Positions 9,920 through 22,300 of a stretch of DNA of 32,000 nt are shown here, piece after piece. The translations under genes were made by a program, and so were the position numbers. Location of the stretch: contig NZ_CP016076.1 in assembly GCF_001941625.1 (NCBI RefSeq), forward strand, positions 4,210,249 through 4,242,248. The letters are read 5' to 3'. The notes below the pieces were generated by a model. It was not told where the DNA came from. It worked only from the letters and a program-made list of their open reading frames with translations, and did no database searches. Position 1 is the first letter of the stretch, and every line of letters begins with the position of its first letter. The DNA is from Actinoalloteichus fjordicus (GTDB taxonomy: Bacteria > Actinomycetota > Actinomycetes > Mycobacteriales > Pseudonocardiaceae).

Positions 9920-11667
9920 TGTGCTCCTCGCTCTGCTGACCGCGATCCTGCGGCGACGGGTTCGGGGGCGGGCTCCGCTGCGGGCCGCCGGGACGGTCCG
10001 ACCGGGATGACGACGTGCGTCGGCAGCGGCTTCGTCTCGTCGATCGAGGCGGTGAACTCGCGGCCGTCGTCCCGGCAGACGAACTGCATGACGTGTCGGC
10101 CCGCCGCCGCCGCCCGGATGAGGCCGCCCGTGGTGGCCCACACCCCGGAGAAGTAGAAGTTCTTCAGGCCGGGCAGCCCCGGCCCGTACTTGCGGACCAG
10201 GACCTCCAGGGTCTCGCCGCTCTCCACGAACGGCTGCCAGCCCAGCACCGTGCCGTCGTAGTTGCCGGTGTACCGGACCTGGGTGAGCGGGCTCGACATG
10301 TCGCGCACCGCGACGGCGTCGGTCAGGCCGGGAAACCGCTTCTCCAGGAACGAGAGGATGGCGTTGCGCACCTGCCGTTTGGCCTGGTGGTAGTCGCGCC
10401 CGTGCCGCACCGGCAGGGTGTGCAGCTCCTCGCCCTTACGGATCCGGCTGGCCTGCTCCGGCCCGTCGTTCAGCTCCCGCCACGGTGCGATGTCGCAGAA
10501 GTAGGTGGCGTAGACGACGGTCGTCGCCTCGGGAGACAACTCCGGATAGTGCATGCTGCGGAACTGGACGTTCATACTCGAGTGGCGGATGCCGATCATG
10601 TCGGCCGCCTCGTCCTCGGTGAGCAGATACGTGGTGCACGGCTCGCCCTCGGGGAACGGACGGCGCAGCCCGAGGAACAGGATGAAGTAGCCGGGGAACA
10701 CCATGCCCGGCTCCTCGATGGTCTGGGTATAGAGCTTGCGGTACTCGTCGTTGAGGTACCGGCCCTGGAGGAACTTCATCGTGGTGGTGTGCCCGTCGGC
10801 GGCCGAGACCACGATGTCGGCACGGACCTCACGGCCGTCGCTGAGGCGGACGCCGACCGCCGTGTCGTCCTCGACGATCACCTCCTCCACCTTGGCGTTG
10901 TAGGTGACCTCGCCGCCGAGCCGCTGGTAGCGCTCCTCGATCGACCGGGCCAGGCCCATCGACCCGCCCTCCGGCACGCCTGCGGACAGGTTCGCGTGCG
11001 AGGCGAGTTGGAAGTAGTTCGGGAGCACCGGGAAGGCCGGATGCCGCTCGTACAGGATGAAGTTGAAGGCCTCGCGCAACAGGGGATGACGGAACTTCGC
11101 CGAGTAGTCCGACATCAGCACGCTGATGGACTTGCGGACGACGTTGAAGTACGGGAGGTAGCGGGACAGCATCCGCCAGCGCTCGGTCGTCTTCATCAGA
11201 CCGACGGGTTTGAGGAACGGGTACACCGCAAGAGCCTTCTTGAACTTGCGCAGGCCGTCGCAGAAGTCGCGGATGTGCCGGGCGTCCTCGGGTGAGATGT
11301 CGGTCAGGTGCGCCTGGAGTCGATCGGGGTCGGAGTAGAAGTAGACCGCCTGGCCGTCCCGGCCGCGCACGATGTTGAAGACGTCGAAGTGCCGCATCTC
11401 CTTGCCCTGCAGGGCACCGAGCTCGAGCCAGATCTGGTGCATCTCGTTGCCGGGCCCGTTGCCCAACAGCCAGCTGATGCAGCAGTCGAACGTGAAGTTC
11501 CCCCGATCCCAGGACGTGCAGCACCCGCCGGGGAACTCATGCATCTCGAAGATCCGGCTCTCGTAGCCGTTCATCTGTGCATAGCAGCCGGTGGACAGTC
11601 CGCCGAGGCCCGCGCCGATGATGATCATCGTCTTCCTCGGGCGTGTCGGGGTGGTGGTGCGTGCCAT
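9916..11667 (-). CDS. ftdD: FAD-dependent oxidoreductase, phytoene-desaturase-like, PTM ring-forming type
   Basis: MIIIGAGLGGLSTGCYAQMNGYESRIFEMHEFPGGCCTSWDRGNFTFDCCISWLLG...GLARSIEERYQRLGGEVTYNAKVEEVIVEDDTAVGVRLSDG...GLPGLKNFYFSGVWATTGGLIRAAAAGRHVMQFV. Rossmann GxGxxG and the CrtI-like C-terminal FAD motif are present. Confidence 0.88.
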   Translation of the reverse strand: MARTTTPTRPRKTMIIIGAGLGGLSTGCYAQMNGYESRIFEMHEFPGGCCTSWDRGNFTFDCCISWLLGNGPGNEMHQIWLELGALQGKEMRHFDVFNIVRGRDGQAVYFYSDPDRLQAHLTDISPEDARHIRDFCDGLRKFKKALAVYPFLKPVGLMKTTERWRMLSRYLPYFNVVRKSISVLMSDYSAKFRHPLLREAFNFILYERHPAFPVLPNYFQLASHANLSAGVPEGGSMGLARSIEERYQRLGGEVTYNAKVEEVIVEDDTAVGVRLSDGREVRADIVVSAADGHTTTMKFLQGRYLNDEYRKLYTQTIEEPGMVFPGYFILFLGLRRPFPEGEPCTTYLLTEDEAADMIGIRHSSMNVQFRSMHYPELSPEATTVVYATYFCDIAPWRELNDGPEQASRIRKGEELHTLPVRHGRDYHQAKRQVRNAILSFLEKRFPGLTDAVAVRDMSSPLTQVRYTGNYDGTVLGWQPFVESGETLEVLVRKYGPGLPGLKNFYFSGVWATTGGLIRAAAAGRHVMQFVCRDDGREFTASIDETKPLPTHVVIPVGPSRRPAAEPAPEPVAAGSRSAERGAQ

Positions 11668-11701
11668 GTGATCTGCTCCTCGGAGTTGACGCCTCGATCG
11701 G

Positions 11702-13378
11702 TTACTGCACGGGCCGGGAGTCGAGTTGGGGAAGGTGGCCGAGCTTGTCGGGATGCCACGGCTCGCCTGCGGGGCTCTCCCAGGCCTGGAACTCCAGGCC
11801 CAGCTCCTCGCACAGGAACTGCGTGACGAATCGCCCGGTGGACGCGGCGCGGATCAGGCCGCCCAGGCCGACCCACTGGCCCGCCATGGAGAAGCCGTGC
11901 AGCCCGGGCAGCCGCATGTGCTCCTTGTTGATCAGCTTGGCGGCGAGGTCGTCGGCATCGGAGAAGGCCTTCCAGGCGAGGATGCTGCCGTCGTAGTTGC
12001 CGGTGTAGCGATTGGTCGTCGCAGGCGTGGCCACGTCCACGAGCTCGATCCGATCGGCCAGGTCGGGCATCCGCCGGGCCAGCAGGTTCCGGACGAAGTC
12101 GGCGAGCCTGCGCTTCTGCGCCCAGTACTCGCGGCGATTCGAGGTGCGCAGCGTCTTCCAGTAGGAGTAGTCGCTGAAGTAGGTGCAGTGGATCACCGAC
12201 TTGCCCTCCGGCGCGAAGCCGTCGGAGTACTGGGAGCGCAGCTGCACGACGACGCTGTTCTGCAGCGCGCCAGGCAGCTCGGCGGCCTCCTCGTCGGACA
12301 GCAGATACGTCGTGCTGTGCATCTGGTCCGGATGGAAGTCGCCCTCGATGCCGACGAAGGCCGAGACCACGGCGGGGAACAGGGTTCCCGGCCTGGTCAG
12401 CAGCTCGTCGTAGAGGCGGTCGATGGTCGGACCCGTGTAGTGCCCCTCCAACAGGTCGTAGATCGTGGTGCGGCCGTCGCACGCCGCGACGATGTGGTCG
12501 GCGTAGAGCCGCTGCCCGCCCTTGAGTTCGACGCCGATCGCCCGGTCGTCCTCCACCAGGATTCGCCCGACCCGAGCCCGATAGGTGATGTCCCCGCCGA
12601 GGGAGGTGTAGCGCTCCTCGATCGAACGGGCCAGGCCCAGCGAGCCGCCCTGCGGGAAGCCCGCGTTGTCGTTGTGGGCGCTGGCCATGTTGAACAGGAA
12701 CGGCAGGAGCGGGAAGTCCTCCGGGTCCTGGAAGAAGATGTTGCGGAACGCCTTGCGCAGCAGCGGATCGGTGAACCGGTCCGCGAAGGTGTGCATCTGC
12801 GTGGCGGCCGTCCGCCAGAACAGTCGGAAGGCGGGCAGGACGGTGCGCAGCTTCTTGAGCTTCTGGCCGACGCTCTCCAACGGCGGCGGCGTCAGGAAGG
12901 GATACAGGTCGATCGCGATGAAGCGCCGCAGGTCGCGGCAGAACTGCTGGATCAGCTTCCGGTCTGCAGGCGAGATCGCCAGCAGGTGTGCCTCCAGCCG
13001 ATCGGGATCGTTGTAGAACGTCACCGATCGGCCGTCGGAGTCGACGACCTTGTTGAAGACCGGGAAGTTCCGCATCGTCTTGCCGTCGAGCGCGCCCAGC
13101 TCCCGCCACACCTGGTTGGCGTCGTTGCCCTCGGCGGTGCCGATCAGCCATTCGATGCAGTAGTCGAAGATGTAGCCGTCGCGAGACCAGGCGGTGCAGC
13201 AGCCGCCCGGCAGCACGTGCTTCTCCAGGATTCGGGTCTCCATCCCGCTCATCTGGGCGTAGCAGCCGGTGGACATCCCGGCGACCCCCGCCCCGATGAC
13301 CAGCACCCTCGGCCTGGTGCCGGGTGGGCGCTCGCGGCTGCCCCACCCGGCGACGAGGTCACGCACCACCGACGCCAC
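11702..13378 (-). CDS. ftdC: FAD-dependent oxidoreductase, phytoene-desaturase-like, paralogue of the adjacent gene
   Basis: RVLVIGAGVAGMSTGCYAQMSGMETRILEKHVLPGGCCTAWSRDGYIFDYCIEWLIG...GLARSIEERYTSLGGDITYRARVGRILVEDDRAIGVELKGGQRL...LPGLHGFSMAGQWVGLGGLIRAASTGRFVTQFLC. Start overlaps the PKS-NRPS 3' end by 20 bp. Confidence 0.88.
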   Translation of the reverse strand: MASVVRDLVAGWGSRERPPGTRPRVLVIGAGVAGMSTGCYAQMSGMETRILEKHVLPGGCCTAWSRDGYIFDYCIEWLIGTAEGNDANQVWRELGALDGKTMRNFPVFNKVVDSDGRSVTFYNDPDRLEAHLLAISPADRKLIQQFCRDLRRFIAIDLYPFLTPPPLESVGQKLKKLRTVLPAFRLFWRTAATQMHTFADRFTDPLLRKAFRNIFFQDPEDFPLLPFLFNMASAHNDNAGFPQGGSLGLARSIEERYTSLGGDITYRARVGRILVEDDRAIGVELKGGQRLYADHIVAACDGRTTIYDLLEGHYTGPTIDRLYDELLTRPGTLFPAVVSAFVGIEGDFHPDQMHSTTYLLSDEEAAELPGALQNSVVVQLRSQYSDGFAPEGKSVIHCTYFSDYSYWKTLRTSNRREYWAQKRRLADFVRNLLARRMPDLADRIELVDVATPATTNRYTGNYDGSILAWKAFSDADDLAAKLINKEHMRLPGLHGFSMAGQWVGLGGLIRAASTGRFVTQFLCEELGLEFQAWESPAGEPWHPDKLGHLPQLDSRPVQ

Positions 13379-16300
13379 CTCCCGTGAGGATCTCCCTGGT
13401 CAGACCGGCGTTGCCCGCGAGGAAGTCCTCGTCGAGCATCTCGGCGTGGCTGCCGAAGCCGCGGAACACCGAGGTGCTCGTGGTCGAGGTGCCGTGCCAG
13501 GTGCCGCGCTGCGCGGCGCCGTAGAACTCCACCTTCTGCTCGTCGGAGATCACGCTGACCGAGGCGCCGACCATCCCGAGGTTCGGCGTGCGGCTGCAGA
13601 AGCGGATGTAGTCCCTGGCCTGTTCCAGGGTCTCCTGGGTGAGGATCTCCGAGCCGGTGTGCTTGCGCAGGTGCTCGCCGAGTTCCTGTTCGAAGGCCTC
13701 GAAGCGCTCGCTGCCCAGTTCGAAGGCCTCCGGAATCCGATAGGAGTCCATGATCACCACGTTCGGGACCACCCGTCCTCTGGACTCCAGGACCTTGGCG
13801 ACGTCGAAGGCGAGGTTGCCGCCCAGCGAGTAGCCGAACAGCGGACACGGGCCTTCCGGCGCGAGCTCCTCGATCAGGTCCGCGTACTGCGTCACCTTGT
13901 CGTCCCCGGCGAGGTAGTTGAACGCGACGAACTCGTGTTCTGGCAGGTGGGCGGCGAACCTGCGGTAGATCAGGCCGTGGCCGCCCGCAGGTGGGAAGCA
14001 GAACACCCTCGGCCCCTGGCCGATGTTGAACCGCAGGTAGGGGCGGGCGCCCGCCAGCCGACCGGTGACGATGTGCTCCACGGTCCTGGCCATGCCGTGC
14101 AGGGTGGTGACGGTGAAGAGCTGGCTGACAGGGATGCTGATGCCGAACTCCGCCTGGAGGTGGTAGATCAGCTCGATCAGCCTGATCGAGCTGCCGCCCG
14201 ACTCGAAGAAGTCGTGCCGCAGGCCCACCTGGTCGAGTCCGAGCAGCGACTTCCAGTGCTCGGCCATCCGCACCTCGTAGAGGGTCACCGGCGGCTCGTA
14301 CTCCTGTTCGTCGTGTTCGCCGCTCGGTGCGGGCAGGGCGGCGAGGTCGACCTTGCCGTTGGGCGAGAGCGGCAGCGCGGTCAGCGCCACGAAGTGCGAG
14401 GGGATCATGAAGGTCGGCAGCCGCTCGGCCAGGTGACTGCGCAGGTCGCGCAGGTCCAGCTCCGCGCCGGGCGACGCGATGCAGTAGGCGCACAAGGTCT
14501 GCTCGCCGCGTGCGTCCGGTCGCAAGGTCACGACGGCCTCCGCCAGCTGCGGCCAGTCGGCCAGCTGCGATTCGATCTCGCCGATCTCGATGCGATGGCC
14601 GCGCACCTTGACCTGTCCGTCGACCCGTCCGAGGAGCTGCACTCGTCCCTCGGCGTCCCAGCGCGCCAGGTCACCGGTGCGGTACAGCCGCATCGCCTCG
14701 GCGCCCGGCACCGCTGCCGTGTCCGACACGTGCCCGTTGCTGGGGCCGGACCCGTTCGTCGACGCCGGGTCGAGTGCGAGGCCGCTCGGCGTCGGCGCCC
14801 AGTCGACGAACCGCCGCGCCGTCTGCTCCGCGTCGCCCGCATAGCCGATGGCCACGCCGTCGCCGCCTACCCACAGCTCGCCGGGGACGCCGACCGGAAC
14901 CGGCTGGGCGTGCTCGTCGAGGATGTAGAGCGTGCTGTTGGGCAGCGGCCTGCCGATCGGCACCATCTGGCTCGGTTCCAGGCCGTCGGCCGAGCCTTCG
15001 AAGTAGGCGCTGTCGATGGTCGCCTCGCTGAGCCCGTAGGAGTTGACCACCCTGGTCTGCGGCCCGCACAGGTCGCGCAGCCGCTGGTACTCCTCGACCT
15101 TCCATGCGTCGGAGCCGACGATCAGCAGGCGCAGGAAGTCCAGTCGCAGCCCCTCGTGGTCGCAGGTGTTCATCAGCGCCCGGACGACCGCCGGGACGAA
15201 CTCGCCGCAGTCGACCCGCTCGGCCAGCATCGTCCGATGCAGTCGCGCGGTGTCGAACAGCAGCTCACGGGTGACCAGGACCAGCGTCCCCCCGGAGCAC
15301 AGCGCGCGGACCAGGTCCCCGGTGAAGACGTCGAAGGAGAAGCTCGCCATCTGCAGGTGCACCCGGACGTCGGTGTCCAGGCGGTACTCGCCGCGCCAGG
15401 AGTCGTAGGCCGAGGCGAGACTGCGATGGCTGACCTGCACCGCCTTCGGCCTGCCGGTCGAGCCTGAGGTGTAGATGACGTAGGCAGGGGACGCCGCATC
15501 GACCGGCTCGGGGTCGAGGGGCTGTGCGGTCTCGGCCTCGCGATGCAGGTCCTCCAGGGTCAGCACGTCCTGGACGACGAGTCCGGACAGGCGATCACGG
15601 CGGGCGGCGTCGACGACGGCGAACGCGGCGTCGACGTTGCGGACCATGAAGGCCAGCCGGTCGGTCGGGTGGTCGGGGTCCAGCGGCAGGTAGGCGCCGC
15701 CGGTCTTGAGCACCGCCAGCACCGTGACGATCAGCTCGGGCGACTTCTCCAGGCACAGCGCCACCACCGAGCCCGGTCCGACGCCCAGGGCACGCAGCCT
15801 GCCCGCCAGGCGCGCGGCCCGGCCGTCGAGTTCGCCGTAGGTCAGTCGCGCGGGTTGCGCCTCGCCCCCGGCGTCGGCCGCCGCGGCGGGCGGCGACGAC
15901 ACGGCGAGGGCGTCGGGCTGCTCGGCGGCTTGCCTGCTGATCAGCTCGTGCACCGGCACCTCGTGCTCGACGACGCGACCGACGCCGCTGAACTCGCCGA
16001 GGATGCGGCTGCGCTCCTCGACGCCGAGCAGGTCGAGCCTGCTGATCGGCGTCGACGCGGACGCCTGCGTCAACGACTCCAGCACCGTGACGTAATGCGA
16101 CGCCATCCGCCGCATCGTCTCGGACAGGAACAGGTCGGTGTTGTACTTGAAGACACAGTGGAACCGCTGGTCCGCCTCCTCCTCGTACACCGAGAGGGTG
16201 AGGTCGAACTGGCCCTCCTCCTCCGGCAGCTCGATGTAGTCCAGCCGATAGCCGTACTTCTCGGTGGCGACCTTGTGGACGAGCAGGATGAACATCGCCT

Positions 16301-19300
16301 GGAACACCGCGGAGCGGCTCGGGTCGTGTTGCAGCCCCAGCTTCTCGACCAGCAGCACGAACGGGTACTCCTGGTTGTCGAGCCCGTTGAGCACGGTGGC
16401 CCGCACCTGTTCCAGCAGCGCGGCGACCGACGGGGCGCCCCCGAGGTCGACGTACAGCGGCAGCGGGTTGACGAAGTAGCCGTAGACCGACGAGAACTCC
16501 TTCTGCGTCCTGCCGGTCACCGGGCTGCCCACGATGACGTCGTCCTGACCGGTGTAGCGGTGCAGCAGGACGTAGTAGGCGCTCATCAGGACCATGAACA
16601 CCGTGACGTCGTGTTCCCGGGCCAGGGCGTGCACCCGTGCGCTCAACTCGGCGTCGAGGGCGAAGAACTCCGAGGCCCCGTTGTAGGTCTGCACGACCGG
16701 CCGGGGCCGGTCCGTCGGCAGGTTGAGGATCGGGACCTCGGCGGGCAGGTGATCCTGCCAGTAGTCGAGCATCCGCTGCGCATCGCGCCCGGCCAGGAAT
16801 CGGTTCTGCCAGTTGAGGAAGTCCAGGTAGCTCGCCGACGGCGGTGCCAGCTCGACGCTGCGACCCTCGCGCAGGCCCTCGTAGACCGCGAGGAGCTCCT
16901 CGATGAAGGTGAACGTCGAGATCGCGTCGGAGATGATGTGGTGAACGGCCTTCATGATCACCCAGCGGTCGTCGGCGCGTTTGAACAGCCGGAACCGGAT
17001 CAGGGGATCGCGTTCGAGGTCGTAGGGCTTGCGGTACTCCTGGATGATCATCTGGTAGATGTCGTCCCAGTCGCGGCCGACGACGTCGAACAGCGCGATG
17101 TCGTCGGGGATGTCCGCGACGTCGCGAAGCTGCTGCACCGGCCTGCCCTCGTGCAGCGTGAAGTTGGCTCGCAGGCTGGGATGCCGGGCGATCAGCGTGC
17201 GCACGGCCTGGAACATCAGTTCGGGTTCGAGTTCGACGCGCACCTCCACGGCGCCGCCGATGTTGTAGGCGAAGCCGTCGGGACTGAGCTGCTTGAGGAA
17301 CCACAGCGCCGTCTGGTTCTGGGTGAGGGGATGCGCTCGCTCGTCGTCGTAGAGCTCGACCGCGTCGGCCGCCGCGTCGTCGTCGCCTGCGGCGACCAGC
17401 TCGACGAGTCCGTCATGGAGCTGGGCGACGGCCTCGCTGATCGGTGCGCTGCTCAACAGCGCCACCACCGGCAACGCCACCTTCAGCTCGGTGTGAATCC
17501 TGGCCCGCAGCTCCATCGCCAGCAGCGAGTCGAGTCCGAGGGCGCCGAGGCTGATCGAGGGGTCGACCTGTTCGGTCTTCACTCGGAGCACCGTGGCGAC
17601 CACCGCCGTGAAGTGCTCGGTCAGCAGCAGCCGCCGCTTCTCCTCGTCCGCGTCGCGGAAGGCGTCCAGGAAGCTGCTGCCGTCGGCCGTGGCCTCGGTG
17701 GCCGAGGCGGCGAGTTCGGCCACCAGCGACGGCGGCGAGGGATACCAGGCGAGGAAGACCGGCCAGTCCACCACCGTGGCGACCAGGAGCTGCGCCCGAT
17801 CCTGGCCGATGACACGTTCGAGGACGGCCATGCCCGCGTCCGGCGACAGGGAGCTCATCCCCCGGCTGTTGCGGTAGTGGTCGATCAGCCCGAGTTCCTC
17901 GATCATGCCGGTGGCCCACGGGCCCCAGTCGATGCTCAGCGCAGGCAGCCCACGGGCCCGCCGGTGATGGGCCAGGGCGTCCAGGAACGCGTTGCCCGCC
18001 GCGTAGTTGGTCTGGCCCGCCGTGGTCAGCAGCGAGGCGACCGAGGCGAAGAGCACGAAGTGGTCGAGGGGCTCGTCGCGCAGGTGGTGGTGCAGCAGGT
18101 AGGCGCCGACCACCTTCGGATCGTGGACGGCGTCGAAGATCGTGCGGTCCATGTCCGGGACCAGGGTGTCGCGAACGTGGCCCGCGAGGTGGAACACCCC
18201 TCGGATCGGCGAGGAGGCGTTCGCCCGATACTCGGCCAGCCAGGACGTGAGGCCGTCCTCGTCGGTGATGTCCAGCGGCGCGAGGATCGTCTCGGCACCC
18301 GCCGAGGCCAGTTCCGTCAGCAGCCGCACCCCGCGTCCCGCCGGAGTGTCCGGATCGACCTCGTGCCACCGATCGCGCGCCGGGAGCCGCGTGCGACCGA
18401 CGAGGATCAGTCGACGGGCGCCCCTGGCGACGAGAGTGCGGCACAGCAGCCTGCCCAGCGCGCCGAAGGCGCCGGTCACCAGGTAGCTGCCGTCGGGGCG
18501 CAGGCGCAGGGGCAGCGGACGGGTCAGGTCCTCCGCCGTCGTGAGTCTGCTGGTCCGGCGCCCGTCCGCTCGCAGCGCGATCTCGTCCTCGTCGACGATC
18601 GAGGCCTCACGCAGCAGCGCCCGTGCCTCGGCGAGTCGCGAGTCCGCCGCGCGGCCGGCTGCCGCGTCGAGGTCGATCAGCTTGCCCCGGTATGGGATCA
18701 GCTCCTGGTTCCAGAGCACCCGACCGACGCCCCAGGCAGGTGCGCCGAGCGGCTCGACCTGGTCATCCGAGGACACCGCCTGCGTACCTCGAGTGACGAT
18801 GTGCAGCCTGCCCGCCGCCGGGGAGTCGTCCGCCGCACTCGCGGACAGCGTCTGTGCGAGCGCGATGAGCGAGTAGGTGCCGAGGCTCTCCTGCGCGGCT
18901 AAGGCCGACCGATCGGTGTCCTCGAGGGACGGCAGATCCAGGTTCCAGAGGTGCACGATGGTGCCGAAGGAGGGCACGCCGCCGTCCGCCAGCTCGGCGA
19001 ACAGCCGGGCGAGCTGCTCGGCCGACCCCGGCTCGACGGTGGACTCCCGCCGATCCGACGCCATCGCGTACTCGAGGCCCGGCCGCACCAGGTGGCAGCG
19101 TCCGCCCCGCGTCATGACCAGCTCAGCGAGCTCGTCGGCCACTCCCCCGCCGTCGGCAAAGATCAGCCAGTCCGCCGAGACCGGATCGGCGGCGCCCAGT
19201 GCGTCCCGCCCGTCGTCGACCGCCTCCGGCGGCAGGGGCGCGTCGATCCAGTTCACCTCGGTCAGCCATCGGTCGATCGTGGCCAGCCCGACCGTCGTGG

Positions 19301-22300
19301 CCGCCTTCTCGACGTCGGCGGCGCGGAAGCCGCCGATCCGTCCCAGCGCCACACCCGTGTCGGAGAAGACCACGATGTCGCCGCGCAGTTCGTCGCCCTC
19401 GCGACGGGTGACGACGGCATGCACCCACAGGGGTTGATCGCCGACCGGCGCGAACCGGACCTCGTCGATCGACAGCGGCAGCCGGATGCCGGTGGACGAG
19501 GGATCGTCGGCGCCGTGGTCGTCGAGGAGCTGCGGGGTCAGCAGGGACTGGAAGCAGGCGTCGAGCAGCGCCGGATGGAAGTGGTGCCCGGCGGCGTCGT
19601 CGCCGAGGACCTCGGCGGGGCGGATGCGGGCCAGTGCCTCGTCGGCGCCGACCCAGACCTCCTCGATGCACTGGAACGCCGGGCCGTACTCATAGCCGAG
19701 CCGGGCCAGTCCCGCGTAGCAGTCCGGCGAGTCGAGGCGTCGCGCGGTGCGCGCCCGGATCGCGTCGAGGTCCAGTCGCTCGTTCAGTCGCCGTCGCTGT
19801 CCGGTCCGCAGCACCCCGCAGGCGTGCACACTCGGCTCCTGCTCCTCGGCGCCGACCGTGGCGATGGTGAATCCCGCGTCCTCCGAGGAGAAGGCGAGCT
19901 GGACCGTCTTCACCTCGTCGTCCGGCAGGAACAGGGCCTTGCGCAGTTCGACGTCGGCGATGGTCGCCTCGGCGCCGCCGGTCATCGCCCGCACCGCCTG
20001 CACCGCCATCTCCAGATAGCCCGCCGCCGGGAACACGACGTTGCCCTGAATGCGGTGATCGGCGAGATACGGCAGCTTCTCGACGTCCAGCCGCGCCTCC
20101 CAGGTCGGCTCGACGTTGGCCATCCGGCGGCCGAGTAACGGGTGGTCGAGCCTGCCGAGGCGGATCTGCTCCACCGGCTTGGGCTCCACCCAGTACCGGT
20201 CGCGTTTGAAGGGGTACCGGGGCAGCGTGATCGACGGTCCCTCGCGGTGCAGGGCCGTCCAGTCGATGTCGACGCCCAGGTTGTGCAGGCTCGCCAGCGA
20301 CATCGCGATCCGAGCCGCCTCGTCCTCGTTCCGTCGGATGGAGGGCAGGGCACGGCCCTCGGCGGCACGGGCGTCGAGGCATTCGCGGATCGAGTGGCCG
20401 AGCACCGGATGCGGGCCGATCTCCAGGAAGAGCCCGTGCCCGTCGTCCACCAGCCGGTCGATCGCCGACTGGAAGCGGACGCTGTCCCGGACGTTGTGCC
20501 ACCAGTAGCTCGCGTCCAGCTCGGTGCCGTGTGCCAGACCCTCCCGGGCGGTCAGGTACAGCGGGACCTTCGCCTCCTGCGGCGTGATCTCGGCCAGCGA
20601 GGACAGCAGCTCGTCCTTGACGAGGTCCATCCGCGCGCTGTGATATGGCACCCGGACCGTGAGGAACCTGGCGAAGACCTGTTCGGAGCGCAGGACGTCG
20701 GCGATCTCGGCGAGCGCGTCTTCGTCGCCCGCCAGCGTCATGGCCGTCGGGCTGTTGATCGCGGCGATGGACACGCGGTCCCCGTAGGACTCGATCCGTC
20801 GGGCGGCGTCGTCCTCCGACAGGCTGACCGCCAGCATGGTGCCGGTGCCGACCAGCTTCTGCTGCAGGCGGCTCCGATGCACGACGACGGTGACGGCGTC
20901 GCGCAGCGAGTACACGCCCGCCTCATAGAACGCGGCGACCTCGCCGGTGCTGTGTCCGACGACGGCGTCGGGTCGCACGCCGTAGGACCGCCACAGGGCC
21001 GCGAGTCCGACCTGGACGGCGAAGTTCGCGGGCTGAGCCAGCCACGTCTCGGCCATATGGGAATCGGCCTCGTCCGCGTTCATCTCGGCGACCAGCGACC
21101 AGCCTGCGAGCGCGGCGATCTCGCGATCGCACCGGTCCACGGCCTCCCGATAGACGGGCTCGCTCTCGTACAGCAGGCGGCCCATCGCCCACCACTGCGG
21201 CCCCATGCCGGTGAAGGCCCAGACCAGCCGTCGTCCCTTCTGCTCCCACACCTGGTCGAGCAGGACGTGCGGATGTGCCTCGCCCGCCAGGAACGCGGCG
21301 AGTCGTTCATCCAGGGACTCCCGCGAGGAGTACACGACCGACAACCGTGACTCGAGGTGCTGCCGACGATGCGCCAGCGTGCCGCCCACGGCCGCGAGCG
21401 AGGCAGGCGCACCGTTGACGCCCGCCAGTTCGCGCTGGATGCCCCGGACGAGGTCGGGAAGGACCGCCGGGTCGCGCGCAGTCAGCGGCAGGATGTTGTA
21501 GCCCGGCCGAGGATCCCGATGAGTCGACTCCTCGGCGACCGGCCGAGGCGCCTCCTCCAGCAGGACGTGGGCGTTCGTGCCGCCGAAGCCGAACGCGTTC
21601 ACACCTGCGCGCGCGGGTCCGTCGTGCGCGGGCCAGTCGGTGACCTCGGTGGGGATCTCATACGGCAGCGCCGCGAGGTCGATGGCCGGGTTGACGTGGT
21701 CCAGATTGATGTGCGGCGGGATCTTCTGGTGTTTCAGGGACAGCGCGACCTTGATCAGCCCGGCGATGCCCGCAGCCGATTCGGTGTGCCCGATGTTGGT
21801 CTTGACCGAGCCGACGTAGCACTGCGAGTCGGGCTTGCGGCCGATCGCCAGCGCCTGCCCGAGCGCGTTGGCCTCCAGCGGATCGCCCACCGGCGTGGAC
21901 GTGCCGTGTGCCTCCACGTACTGCAGGTCGCCGGGCGCGATGCCCGCCTCGGCACACACCCGGTCGATGAGGCTGATCTGCGCCTCGGGATTGGGCACGG
22001 TGATGCCGCTGGTGCGGCCGTCCTGGTTGACGCCGCTCCCGATGATCACCGCGTGGATCGGGTCGCCGTCACGCACCGCGTCGTCCAGACGTTTGAGTGC
22101 GATCACACCTACCCCCTCGGCGCGGACGTAGCCGTTCGCGGAGGCGTCGAAGGTGCGGGATCGGCCGTCGGGCGAGAGGAAGCCGCCCTTGGTCTCGGCG
22201 ATGGTGTACTGCGGCGTCATGTGCAGGAGCGTTCCGCCCGCCAACGCCAGGTTCGTCTCGCCTCGGCGCAGGCTTCGGCAGGCCAGGTCGACCGCCACCA

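Noticed and set aside
9920-10141. N-terminal extension of the alcohol dehydrogenase ORF
   Set aside because: Extension is low quality and overlaps the end of the FAD oxidoreductase; the GTG at 9919 in a GTGA overlap fits the conserved N-terminus.
11726-18902. Very long plus-strand ORFs (11726-13387, 13269-15467, 15543-18902) opposite the PTM genes
   Set aside because: They are low-complexity, R/H/A/G/V/Q/D-rich translations without recognisable domains and lie antisense to clear enzyme and PKS-NRPS genes; expected from high GC3.
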